The notes under the pieces are model-generated. The model did no database searches and was not told the DNA's origin. It saw only the letters and a program-made list of their open reading frames with translations. From Candidatus Omnitrophota bacterium (lineage in GTDB: Bacteria > Omnitrophota > Gorgyraeia > Gygaellales > Profunditerraquicolaceae), in assembly GCA_041651035.1 (NCBI GenBank), contig JBAZKC010000001.1, positions 387,244 through 451,243 on the forward strand: a stretch of 64,000 nucleotides of DNA, written 5' to 3'. The position numbers and the translations under genes were made by a program. Positions 7,997 through 16,334 of the stretch are shown here, piece by piece (position 1 is the stretch's first letter; every line of letters starts with the position of its first letter).

Positions 7997-9952
7997 TTAT
8001 TCTTGTTTTCTGGTAGCCTGGTATTGGCTACTGATAACCGAGGCAATCTTATGAGGCACTTCTTCGTAATGAGAGAAATGCATGGCATATGCCCCTCGGC
8101 CGCCGGTAATAGAGCGCAGGTCATTAGCGTATTTAAATATCTCCGCTAAGGGGACCTGGGCCTTTACTATTTGTGATTTACTTTTTATATCCATCCCCAT
8201 AATGCGGCCGCGGCGGGAATTCAGGTCTCCCGATATCGCCCCGAGATATTCTTCCGGGATGGTCACTTCTACATCCATCACCGGCTCAAGCAGGACCGGG
8301 CCGGCCTCAATTACCGCCTTCCTTAAAGCCATGGCACCGGCGATCTGGAAAGCCATATCCGAAGAGTCCACTTCATGATAAGAGCCGTCATAAAGGATGA
8401 CCCGGACATCTTCTATGGGGCAGCCTGCTACCGCGCCTTCCAGGCAAGCCTGCCTGATGCCTTTTTCCGCCGAGGGGATAAAGTTTCTCGGGATGGCCCC
8501 GCCAAAAATCTTATCTACGAATTCTATTCCCCGGCCCCGCTCTAAAGGCTGGACCTCTATCCAAACATCTCCGTATTGGCCGCGCCCGCCTGACTGGCGC
8601 TTAAATTTACCCTGGACCTTAGCACTCTTGGTAATTGTTTCTTTATAGGAGACTTTTGGCGTACCCAGCTCTACTGCGACATTAAACCTTTTTTTCATCC
8701 TGCTGACCATCACATCCAAATGCAGGTCCCCTAAGCCGGATATGATCAACTCTTTGGTCTGCGGGTCATGCGTTACTTTAAAAGTCGGGTCTTCTGTAAC
8801 GAGCTTATGCAGGGCCCCGGAAACCTTATCTTCGTCTTCACGGGATTTTGGCTTTACCGATGCCGATATGGCCGGCTCAGGAAAGACAATGGGATCGAAT
8901 AAAAACTGCTCCTTATCCCCGGAAAGAGAATCGGACACAGCAGTCTCTTTTAATTTGGCAATAGCTACAATATCCCCACAGGAAGCAATATCAATATTTC
9001 TCTGTTCTTTCCCTTGCAGAAGATAAACCTGCCCGATCCTCTCCCTGGCTTTTTTATTGACATTAAAGAACCCTGTGTTTGAGGCGAGCGCCCCTGAAAA
9101 AACGCGTAATAAAGTAAGCTGGCCAACATAAGGATCGGATATATTCTTAAAAACAAAAGCGGCAAAGGGAGCGTCTTGCTTAAATATAACTTCTTTCTTG
9201 CCTATAGGATTACCCGGGACGGATGCCTCTATTTTCACCCGTTCTCGCGGGCTGGGCAGATACCTGATAACCGCTTCCAGGAATTCATTTATGCCTTTAT
9301 CGGTTAACGCTGAGCCAGGCAATACCGGAAATATCTTGCGTTTTATTACTGCCTGTGCCAGGCCGCGGCTTATTTCATCCCCGGAAAGCTTAGCGCCTCC
9401 CAGATATTTCTCCAGAAGGTTATCGTCGCTCTCCGCGACGGCCTCTATTAATTCCGCTGAATCCAGGCGGTCTATTAATATCGCCTTCTTAGAAAGCCGG
9501 TCTTGTATATCCGCTAATGCCTTACCGGTATCCACGCCTTCTTTATCTAATTTATTTATGAATATAAGGCCGGGTAGATTGAAGTCTTCCAGTATCTGCC
9601 AGGCTCTCTCGGTCCCTACTTCAACACCACTATTGGCATCAACAACAATAACCGCGCTGTCTACCGCGCGTACACCCGAAATAACCTCACCGAAGAAATC
9701 CGCGTAACCCGGAGTATCGACAATCTGTATACGGATATTCTTGTAATCACAATACAGCAAACTTAAATTTATGGAGCTTTTTCTCTCTATCTCATCAAAA
9801 CTGTAGTCACTAACAGTGGTGCCGGAGGCGGTATTGCCTTTTCTGTTGGTGGAATGGCAGAAATAAAGCAAACTCTCGCTAAGCGTGGTCTTTCCCGATT
9901 GGGCATGGCCTAAGAGAATAAAATTTCTTTTGTTCTCGATATCCATCTGCAT
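7997..9952 (-). CDS. elongation factor G-like GTPase paralog (EF-G2-type), catalytic His replaced by Tyr
   Basis: 651 aa with EF-G domain order (G domain, II, III, IV, V). G1 GHAQSGKTT, NKLD present. Switch II reads DTPGYADF instead of the universal DTPGHVDF. Distinct from the canonical fusA at the 3' end of the window. Confidence 0.75.
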   Translation of the reverse strand: MQMDIENKRNFILLGHAQSGKTTLSESLLYFCHSTNRKGNTASGTTVSDYSFDEIERKSSINLSLLYCDYKNIRIQIVDTPGYADFFGEVISGVRAVDSAVIVVDANSGVEVGTERAWQILEDFNLPGLIFINKLDKEGVDTGKALADIQDRLSKKAILIDRLDSAELIEAVAESDDNLLEKYLGGAKLSGDEISRGLAQAVIKRKIFPVLPGSALTDKGINEFLEAVIRYLPSPRERVKIEASVPGNPIGKKEVIFKQDAPFAAFVFKNISDPYVGQLTLLRVFSGALASNTGFFNVNKKARERIGQVYLLQGKEQRNIDIASCGDIVAIAKLKETAVSDSLSGDKEQFLFDPIVFPEPAISASVKPKSREDEDKVSGALHKLVTEDPTFKVTHDPQTKELIISGLGDLHLDVMVSRMKKRFNVAVELGTPKVSYKETITKSAKVQGKFKRQSGGRGQYGDVWIEVQPLERGRGIEFVDKIFGGAIPRNFIPSAEKGIRQACLEGAVAGCPIEDVRVILYDGSYHEVDSSDMAFQIAGAMALRKAVIEAGPVLLEPVMDVEVTIPEEYLGAISGDLNSRRGRIMGMDIKSKSQIVKAQVPLAEIFKYANDLRSITGGRGAYAMHFSHYEEVPHKIASVISSQYQATRKQE

Positions 9953-9984
9953 AGGCTCATTTCCTATAAAAACAAGGATACCGT

Positions 9985-10012
9985 ATTATATAATATCAAA
10001 TTTTGGGGGTCA
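9985..10012 (-). promoter_or_regulatory. putative sigma70-type promoter (TTGACC-N16-TATAAT) upstream of the EF-G-like gene
   Basis: On the minus strand TTGACC (comp. of 10007-10012) and TATAAT (comp. of 9985-9990) are separated by 16 nt, about 35 nt upstream of the ATG at 9952 with an AGGAAA Shine-Dalgarno in between. Confidence 0.35.
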
Positions 10013-10086
10013 AGGAATAAAACGGCGGGAATCCAGCCGGGGCTAAAAACAAAACAGCTATTGTATCAGGAACACTAAAGGATGGA

Positions 10087-11265
10087 TTACTCCAGATACG
10101 TGTAGATCTTGCCTTTGTAATTGCGTAAGACGTATTTCCCTTTTGCTTCCGAAAGGATATAGTTCGGCCCGATAGGGATTTTGCCGCCGCCGCCGGGGCC
10201 ATCTATTACATAGGTAGGCAGGGCATAGCCTGAGGTGTGGCCCCTTAATTTCTCGATTATATTTATGCCGGTTGCGACCGGAGTCCGGAAATGCTGAGTC
10301 CCTCTTACAGGATCGCACTGATAAATATAATACGGCCTTACCCTTATCTGCAAGAGCTCGTGCATGAGGCGCCTCATAACATAAGGCCTGTCGTTTATGC
10401 CTTTCAATAGGACTGTCTGGCTCCCTAAGGGTATCCCTGAGTCTGCCAACATCTCGCAGGCGCTCTTGCAGCGCTTGGTGATCTCTTTGGGATGATTGAA
10501 ATGTATGCTCACCCAGATAGGAGCGTATTTCTTAAGTATGTTAGCCAGTTTTTCTGTAATTCTCTGCGGCAATGTAACCGGAACCCTGGTACCTATCCTT
10601 AAGAATTCCACATGGGGAATAGAACGTATCTTCTGGATTAGATTTTCTATTTCTTCGTCCTCTAATATAAATGGGTCGCCTCCGGAAATAAGCACATCCC
10701 TTATTTTCCGGTTTGATTTTATATAATCTATCGCCGCGTCGAACCTTGAGGCGGAGTTGGTTTCCTGATGTTCGCCCACCAGCCTTCTCCTGGTGCAGTG
10801 GCGGCAATAAAGAGCGCAATGTTCGGTAGCCAACAGCAGGACCCTGTCCGGATAACGGTGCACAAGATGGGGCGCTGGACTATCCCTGTCTTCGGCGCAG
10901 GGATCAACCATTTCATGCGGCCCTACGATAGATTCAGAAATTACAGGTACGGCCTGGCGCCTCAAAGGGCAATTAGGATCTTCCGGGTCGATCAATGTCG
11001 TCCAGTATGGCGTTATGGCTATGGACAGCCTGCCGCTTGCCTTCTTTATCCCTTCCTCTTCATCGGGGCTTAATTTTATAATTTGAGAGAGTTCTTCCTT
11101 GGTGCGGACCCTATTATTAAGCTGCCAGTGCCAATCCTCCCAGTCCAGGGGATTTACATCTTTATACAGGCTTATCTGCTGGTAATCCTGATGCCTGTGC
11201 TGGGGTTTACGGGATTGCGTTTCCTGCGGTAACTTTTGATTCTCGGCTACGGCAATATTATTCAA
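10087..11265 (-). CDS. kamA: L-lysine 2,3-aminomutase (radical SAM, PLP-dependent)
   Basis: 392 aa. Collinear with clostridial/Bacillus KamA, including the CxxxCxxC cluster in HCALYCRHCTRRR, ISGGDP, IRVRPYYIYQCD, GHTSGYALPTYVIDGPGGGGK. Has a Gln/His-rich ~45 aa N-terminal extension. Confidence 0.85.
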   Translation of the reverse strand: MNNIAVAENQKLPQETQSRKPQHRHQDYQQISLYKDVNPLDWEDWHWQLNNRVRTKEELSQIIKLSPDEEEGIKKASGRLSIAITPYWTTLIDPEDPNCPLRRQAVPVISESIVGPHEMVDPCAEDRDSPAPHLVHRYPDRVLLLATEHCALYCRHCTRRRLVGEHQETNSASRFDAAIDYIKSNRKIRDVLISGGDPFILEDEEIENLIQKIRSIPHVEFLRIGTRVPVTLPQRITEKLANILKKYAPIWVSIHFNHPKEITKRCKSACEMLADSGIPLGSQTVLLKGINDRPYVMRRLMHELLQIRVRPYYIYQCDPVRGTQHFRTPVATGINIIEKLRGHTSGYALPTYVIDGPGGGGKIPIGPNYILSEAKGKYVLRNYKGKIYTYLE

Positions 11266-12266
11266 TTTAGCACCTTTCTTCGTTGGGAGGCGCTTATCAA
11301 TATCGCCTCAATGAGATCTTCGTATTTCATACCCGCGGCATAAGCCATAATGGGAAAATTTGATTCCCGCGGGTCAAGGCCCGGCAAAGGGTTGATCTCT
11401 AAGACGTAAGGTACATTATCCCGGCTTAAGCGTATATCTGTGCGGGAAATATCAAAACAACCTACGGCATGGTGGGTCTTTAGCGCTGTTTCCTTGACCA
11501 GCGCTTCCGTATGCTTGTCAAGCCTGGCCGGACAATAGAATGTCGGCACAAGGCCGAGTTTCCTGTCGCCCTGGAACTCTTTCATCCTCCAGGAATAAAA
11601 ATATTCTCCGCTATCCTTACAAGTTGAGAAATCTATCTCTAAAATCGGCAGTATCGTGGTCTTGCCGTTCTCTAGAATTCCCACGGTCAGTTCTTTCCCG
11701 TCGATAAACTCCTCGACTAAGGCTTCCTGCCTATATGAGCCGATAATTTCTTTGATCTTCCTGAACAACTCATCTTTGGTGTTTACGACATTGGATATAT
11801 TAATGCCTTTGGCCGAACCCTCGCAATTAGGTTTTACTATTAAAGGGAACTTAAGCGCGGAGTCCAATTCCTCATTACCCTTGGTAAAAACCTGGAAGCT
11901 CGGAGTGGGGATATTTTCCGCTTTTAATATCTTCTTGGTTAACGCTTTATTCAGCGCCAAAGCCAAAGAAAATGTGTTAGAGCCGGTATAGGGGATATTT
12001 AAATAATCGAGTATGGCCGGAACCTCTGACTCACGGAACTTGCCGCGTTTGCCTTCGGCAATATTAAAGACCATGTCCACGCGGTTGTTTTTAAAATACG
12101 AGAACAAGCTGGGATATTCCACATCAATGGCCTCAACAGCATGGCCTTTTGTCCTGAGTGCCAGGATAATCGCGTTTATTGTCTCTTCAGAGTCATGCTC
12201 TGAGAAATAGTCCTGGGGTTTTGTCTCGTCTTTTTTCTTAAGATTATAGGTTAAAGCGATCTTCAC
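11262..12266 (-). CDS. ATP-grasp ligase of the D-alanine--D-alanine ligase (Ddl) family
   Basis: 334 aa. Ddl-family blocks: N-domain ...NIAEGKRGKFRESEVPAILDYLNIPYTGS..ALNKALTKKIL, central KPNCEGSAKGI, C-terminal LEINPLPGL...MKYEDLIEAIL. Its stop overlaps the kamA start (ATGA), indicating translational coupling. Confidence 0.7.
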   Translation of the reverse strand: MKIALTYNLKKKDETKPQDYFSEHDSEETINAIILALRTKGHAVEAIDVEYPSLFSYFKNNRVDMVFNIAEGKRGKFRESEVPAILDYLNIPYTGSNTFSLALALNKALTKKILKAENIPTPSFQVFTKGNEELDSALKFPLIVKPNCEGSAKGINISNVVNTKDELFRKIKEIIGSYRQEALVEEFIDGKELTVGILENGKTTILPILEIDFSTCKDSGEYFYSWRMKEFQGDRKLGLVPTFYCPARLDKHTEALVKETALKTHHAVGCFDISRTDIRLSRDNVPYVLEINPLPGLDPRESNFPIMAYAAGMKYEDLIEAILISASQRRKVLN

Positions 12267-12281
12267 CTTGGGGAGTTTCTC

Positions 12282-13271
12282 CTAATTAAGGTTGTGCCTT
12301 TTAAGCGCGCTATCCAAGATCCTGCCGATCATCTCCTCATAAGATATGCCGATAGTATTGGCTACCAGCATAAATACGTCTTCCGTAGATAAGGAAGGCA
12401 GGGGGTTTATTTCCAGTACTTGCGGAGAGCCGGCATTATCTACCCTGAAATCAACCCTTCCGAAATCCCGGCATTCCACCGCCTTGTAAGTCTTTAAAGC
12501 CAGATCGGAGAGCCGTTTCTTTAGATCCTGGCTTATCCGCGCCGGGCATATATATTCCAACCTGTCGGATGTGATGCGGGCGAATGTATAGAATTTATCA
12601 TTTAGTTTGAGCCTTCCATCAATTTTGATCTGTACGGGAGGCAATGCTTCAGGAGGATCGTTACCGATCACAACCACGGTAAATTCCTGGCCGGAAATAA
12701 ACTCTTCTATCAACGCGGGCTGTTTATAAGCGCCCACGATGTATTCAACCTGTTTTCTTAATTGTTCTAAATTCTCTACGCGTGAATCTTCGCTTAGGCC
12801 TTTAGACGAGCCTTCAAACCGCGGCTTGACAATAAGCGGGAATTTGCAATGGTCGATATTCACTAGTTCCGCGGGGTTTTTTACTTCAAAAAATTTCGGG
12901 GTAGGGATCTTTTCGGCGATAAAGATCTTTTTTGCCATGATCTTGTCCAGAGTAAGGCTTAAAGTCAAGGCATCCGCTCCGACAAAAGGTATGCCTACCA
13001 TCTCTAACAGGATCGGGACCTGAGATTCCCTGTTCCTGCCTGATATCCCTTCTGAAATATTAAAAACGATGTCCACGCCAAGGTGGTCTATCTTTTCTAA
13101 AAGGCTGGAAACATTGCCGATCTTTTTTACTTTAAAACCGCAAGACTCGATAGCCTCGGCAATGACGTCTATGGTAGTAGGATGATCGAATTCCGCGTTG
13201 GCGTCAGGGGGATCCCCTTCTTTAAACGCGTAATCTGTTTTTAAATCGTATGTTAAACCGACTGTTTTCAT
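12282..13271 (-). CDS. ATP-grasp ligase of the Ddl family (second tandem paralog)
   Basis: 329 aa. Same Ddl-family blocks (GRNRESQVPILLEMVGIPFVGA, KPRFEGSSKGL, LEINPLPSL...ISYEEMIGRIL). 15 bp upstream of the first ATP-grasp gene. Confidence 0.7.
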   Translation of the reverse strand: MKTVGLTYDLKTDYAFKEGDPPDANAEFDHPTTIDVIAEAIESCGFKVKKIGNVSSLLEKIDHLGVDIVFNISEGISGRNRESQVPILLEMVGIPFVGADALTLSLTLDKIMAKKIFIAEKIPTPKFFEVKNPAELVNIDHCKFPLIVKPRFEGSSKGLSEDSRVENLEQLRKQVEYIVGAYKQPALIEEFISGQEFTVVVIGNDPPEALPPVQIKIDGRLKLNDKFYTFARITSDRLEYICPARISQDLKKRLSDLALKTYKAVECRDFGRVDFRVDNAGSPQVLEINPLPSLSTEDVFMLVANTIGISYEEMIGRILDSALKRHNLN

Positions 13272-13286
13272 ATGAGTATAAAAATT

Positions 13287-13314
13287 AAGGGCTCTTCCCT
13301 TGATTAGAGCCCTT
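13287..13314 (-). promoter_or_regulatory. perfect 9-bp-stem hairpin (AAGGGCTCT-N10-AGAGCCCTT) in the leader 16 nt upstream of the ATP-grasp start codon
   Basis: Inverted repeat read directly from the sequence. On the minus strand it is followed by AATTTTTATACTC and then ATG. Could be a terminator for the upstream GT2 gene or an attenuator/RBS-occluding leader structure. Confidence 0.35.
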
Positions 13315-13424
13315 AGATCTTGCCTAGTTTTTCCAATTTATTTATTTAACCTCCTAAGAATATCCTCAACATATTGTATTTACATTATTTTTTATCACAA
13401 CATGTTGCCCTTGTCAAGAATTTT

Positions 13425-14372
13425 TTATTTTTTAGCGCCCTCCCGGTCTTTTGTTTTATCGACGAGTATGCTGACCAGCCTCCGAAAATATTTTATCAAC
13501 TGCGGCCTGAACAATAAAATATAGCTCCACATAATAAAGTCGTATAAGAATATGCAGGGGAAATGCGATAAAAACCCCGGGCAGGACTCATTTTTAACCA
13601 TACAAAGGTAGCGGTTCTTTATTAGATCAAAATGCAATTCGTCGCTAAGATATCTCCGGGCGAAAGGCTTGCCTATCCCGCGGTTTTTTCTTGCCGTAGC
13701 CCCCCTTTTATGATAGGCGACCGCATAAGGCACATAATACCCCCTCCAGCCGATACGCTGGGCTCTCCAGGCGATATCTAAATCTTCGTAAAAAAAGCGG
13801 AAGCAGGGATCAAAATAGCCGCCTTTTTCTTTAACCGCTTCCAGCATTTCTTTCCGGTAGAAAGCGACCGCTCCGTTTACACCGAATATATACTCTTCTT
13901 TCTCAAACTGACCCCTGTCTTTTACCCCGTATCCTCTTTCTTTAGCTGTGCGGTAAAGGCTTAAGAATAAACCTGCGCTATCTATGGTTTGTTTATCTGC
14001 GCGTAAGATCTTCCCGCTTACCATGCCTACCTTTGGATCAATAAAAAATCCGTTTAAGGCTTTCTCAATAAATTCTTTTTCCAAAACCACATCATCATTA
14101 AGGCAAAGCGCGAATTCCCCCGTGCTTTGCTTTAGGCCCAGATTCAAAGCCTGGCAATAGGAAATATCTTGCTCCTGCGGGTACAACTTTAAGCCGGAAT
14201 AGCGCTTAATAACGCCTTGGCTAAAATTATTATCGAGGGAATTATCAATTACTATGGTTTCAATACTTGGGTAAGTCTGATCCTTTACGGAAACCAGGCA
14301 GGATTCCAGATAGCCGTTTTTTCCGCCGGCTACAATAATAACACTGACTATTTCTTTTGACGTAAGGCCCAT
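13425..14372 (-). CDS. family 2 glycosyltransferase
   Basis: 315 aa. GT-A fold N-terminus (VSVIIVAGGKNGYLESCLVSV..QTYP..ETIVIDNSLDNN) with DxD-type acidic motif (LNDDVV). Confidence 0.7.
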   Translation of the reverse strand: MGLTSKEIVSVIIVAGGKNGYLESCLVSVKDQTYPSIETIVIDNSLDNNFSQGVIKRYSGLKLYPQEQDISYCQALNLGLKQSTGEFALCLNDDVVLEKEFIEKALNGFFIDPKVGMVSGKILRADKQTIDSAGLFLSLYRTAKERGYGVKDRGQFEKEEYIFGVNGAVAFYRKEMLEAVKEKGGYFDPCFRFFYEDLDIAWRAQRIGWRGYYVPYAVAYHKRGATARKNRGIGKPFARRYLSDELHFDLIKNRYLCMVKNESCPGFLSHFPCIFLYDFIMWSYILLFRPQLIKYFRRLVSILVDKTKDREGAKK

Positions 14373-14394
14373 ATTAGGATAAAATTATAACATA

Positions 14395-15534
14395 ATGTTT
14401 GAGGCATTGCTAACCTTAATCTTTTTCCGGCCGTTTGTTTCCTCGCTTACTTTCCTGGTTTTCGCTTATGAAAATCTTGCCTATTCTATTCTGCTCCTTG
14501 GTTTTCTTGTCTTCTGGATACTGATAAAAGGTATTAATTTTAAACAGGTCGCGCCGATAAAATATCCATTAATACTTTTTCCCCTGGCCCTGCTTATCTC
14601 TTTGATGTTCTCTCAAGACAAAATAATCAGCGTAAAAGAATTATATAAATACGTAACCGGGATATCGCTACTCTTGGTCAGCGCCTCTTTAACCTGTAAG
14701 GACCGGAGGCGGCTTATTCTCTGTATAGTCATCTGCGGTTTTTTAGTCAGTCTTTTTGCAATATATCAATATTTCTTTGGTTTTCAGCGCCTTTTAGAAT
14801 ATATTACCGCGCAAGGCATTAGGGATCCATTCGTCTTAGATTATGTAAGCAGAAAACGGGTATTCTTCCCTTTTGTCACTCCCAATATTCTGGGTGGTTA
14901 TTTAGCTATGATTATACCGCTTGCCTTAATACACAAGAATACAAACTGGCTCATCATTCCTTTATCTTTGGCTCTCCTGCTTACAAGATCTTTGGGCGGG
15001 CTGTTAAGCTTATTCTTAGGATTGGCAATATATTTCTATCTGCGGGGAGGATCAAGAAAAAAAGGCGTTTTAATTCTTTCCGGTTTATTGATAATTATCG
15101 CGTTGATCGTAGCCGCAAGAACCTCTGCCTCAAAACAACACATTCAACCTATTTTTTCCGGTATGATGAGATGGGAATACTGGAAGGATACTTTAAAAAT
15201 AATTAAAGCGGCGCCTCTTACCGGAGTGGGATTAGGGAATTTTAACCTCCCGCAGGCCCGTTACGCCCATAATTCTTATTTGCAAATATGGGCAGAGATG
15301 GGCTTCCTGGGGATTCTTTCATTTTTATGGCTGATCGCCGCGGCATATAAATCCGCGTTAAATAATTACGGCAGGATTTCCGATAAGAATATGATTGCGG
15401 GTTTACTCTGCGCGAGCGCTGTTTTCCTTATCCATAATATTATGGACTTTACCTTTTTCCTGCCTGAAACAGCGTTTATCTGGTGGATAATTACTGGCTG
15501 CCTATTTTCTTTCCATTCACAATCGCAGAAATAA
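14395..15534 (+). CDS. O-antigen ligase / Wzy_C-family polytopic membrane protein
   Basis: 379 aa, about 10 TM helices. Wzy_C-type periplasmic loop with HNSYLQIWAEMGFLG motif. The only plus-strand gene in the window, divergent from the GT2 gene 22 bp away. Confidence 0.6.
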   Translation: MFEALLTLIFFRPFVSSLTFLVFAYENLAYSILLLGFLVFWILIKGINFKQVAPIKYPLILFPLALLISLMFSQDKIISVKELYKYVTGISLLLVSASLTCKDRRRLILCIVICGFLVSLFAIYQYFFGFQRLLEYITAQGIRDPFVLDYVSRKRVFFPFVTPNILGGYLAMIIPLALIHKNTNWLIIPLSLALLLTRSLGGLLSLFLGLAIYFYLRGGSRKKGVLILSGLLIIIALIVAARTSASKQHIQPIFSGMMRWEYWKDTLKIIKAAPLTGVGLGNFNLPQARYAHNSYLQIWAEMGFLGILSFLWLIAAAYKSALNNYGRISDKNMIAGLLCASAVFLIHNIMDFTFFLPETAFIWWIITGCLFSFHSQSQK

Positions 15535-16198
15535 GCTCATAGATCTTTATTGAGGTGCTTTCTTTCTTCGTATCTGCCTCATATTCTGTAACAATACAGA
15601 ACGCCTTAACCTTTCCTACCCCAGAAGCAAGCCAGATACTGCAATCCTCGCTGCTATGATTACCATTTTCTTCTTTTGTCTTCAAAGAAGAAGCAAATTT
15701 CAAACAATCAGAAAACTCGCCAGCAGGGACACTGATCTTTTCTTTATTTTCCAGGATTATCCTGCTTGTTATTTGGGCCGATCCTTGCTTGACCGCTTCC
15801 TTATCATAGCTTATAAGGTTGCCTGAATACGCCTTCTCTTCGCTTTCGTTTATGTTCGGGAAAATTACCATGGGAGGGTCATATACATCCGAATAATCGC
15901 CTTCCGCCTCTTTATATATTTTTATTCCTTCCGGATCTATGACGATACAGCTATAATCTTCCGGGGATCCCTGCTTTATTGTGCTGCTATTGTTTATTTT
16001 CTCATCACCCAATATCTCTAGCGTTACTTCTTCCTTTGCGCCATCCCTGATAATAGAATATTCCCAGCTGCTGTTATCGGCTAAAGGGTAATATTCTTCT
16101 AAATTATAAGCATTTGCCAATTTAGCTGTTGGTAGAACTAGCATTATTATGGCGAAAATAGTAGCGCCTTTAATAAATCTTAAATTATTGCTTCCCAT
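15491..16198 (-). CDS. secreted hypothetical protein (signal peptide)
   Basis: 235 aa with N-terminal signal-like segment (IFAIIMLVLPTAKLANA). No recognisable catalytic motifs. Confidence 0.4.
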   Translation of the reverse strand: MGSNNLRFIKGATIFAIIMLVLPTAKLANAYNLEEYYPLADNSSWEYSIIRDGAKEEVTLEILGDEKINNSSTIKQGSPEDYSCIVIDPEGIKIYKEAEGDYSDVYDPPMVIFPNINESEEKAYSGNLISYDKEAVKQGSAQITSRIILENKEKISVPAGEFSDCLKFASSLKTKEENGNHSSEDCSIWLASGVGKVKAFCIVTEYEADTKKESTSIKIYELISAIVNGKKIGSQ

Positions 16199-16334
16199 AT
16201 TTTATGGCCCCTGTTTTCTTAAAAAGCGATGATTAATTGAATATAACACAAAAATTCAGTTTCGGCAAGTAAGTAAAGCACTCTGCCATTTAAGAATTTT
16301 CGGCACACTGAGGCTGGATTTATCAGTAAAATCC

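Noticed and set aside
9198-9707. 169 aa plus-strand ORF antisense to the EF-G paralog
   Set aside because: Ser/Arg/Pro-rich, repetitive translation with no start context. Antisense to a strongly supported gene.
10021-10050. Weak terminator-like hairpin (CGGC-N9-GCCG plus TTTTATT on minus strand) just after the kamA stop
   Set aside because: Only a 4-5 bp stem. Not distinguishable from chance, so not listed as a feature.
10087-11265. KamA-like gene as EpmB (EF-P beta-lysylation)
   Set aside because: Length and N-terminal region match true KamA better than the shorter EpmB. No epmA or efp adjacent. It is operonic with ATP-grasp ligases instead.
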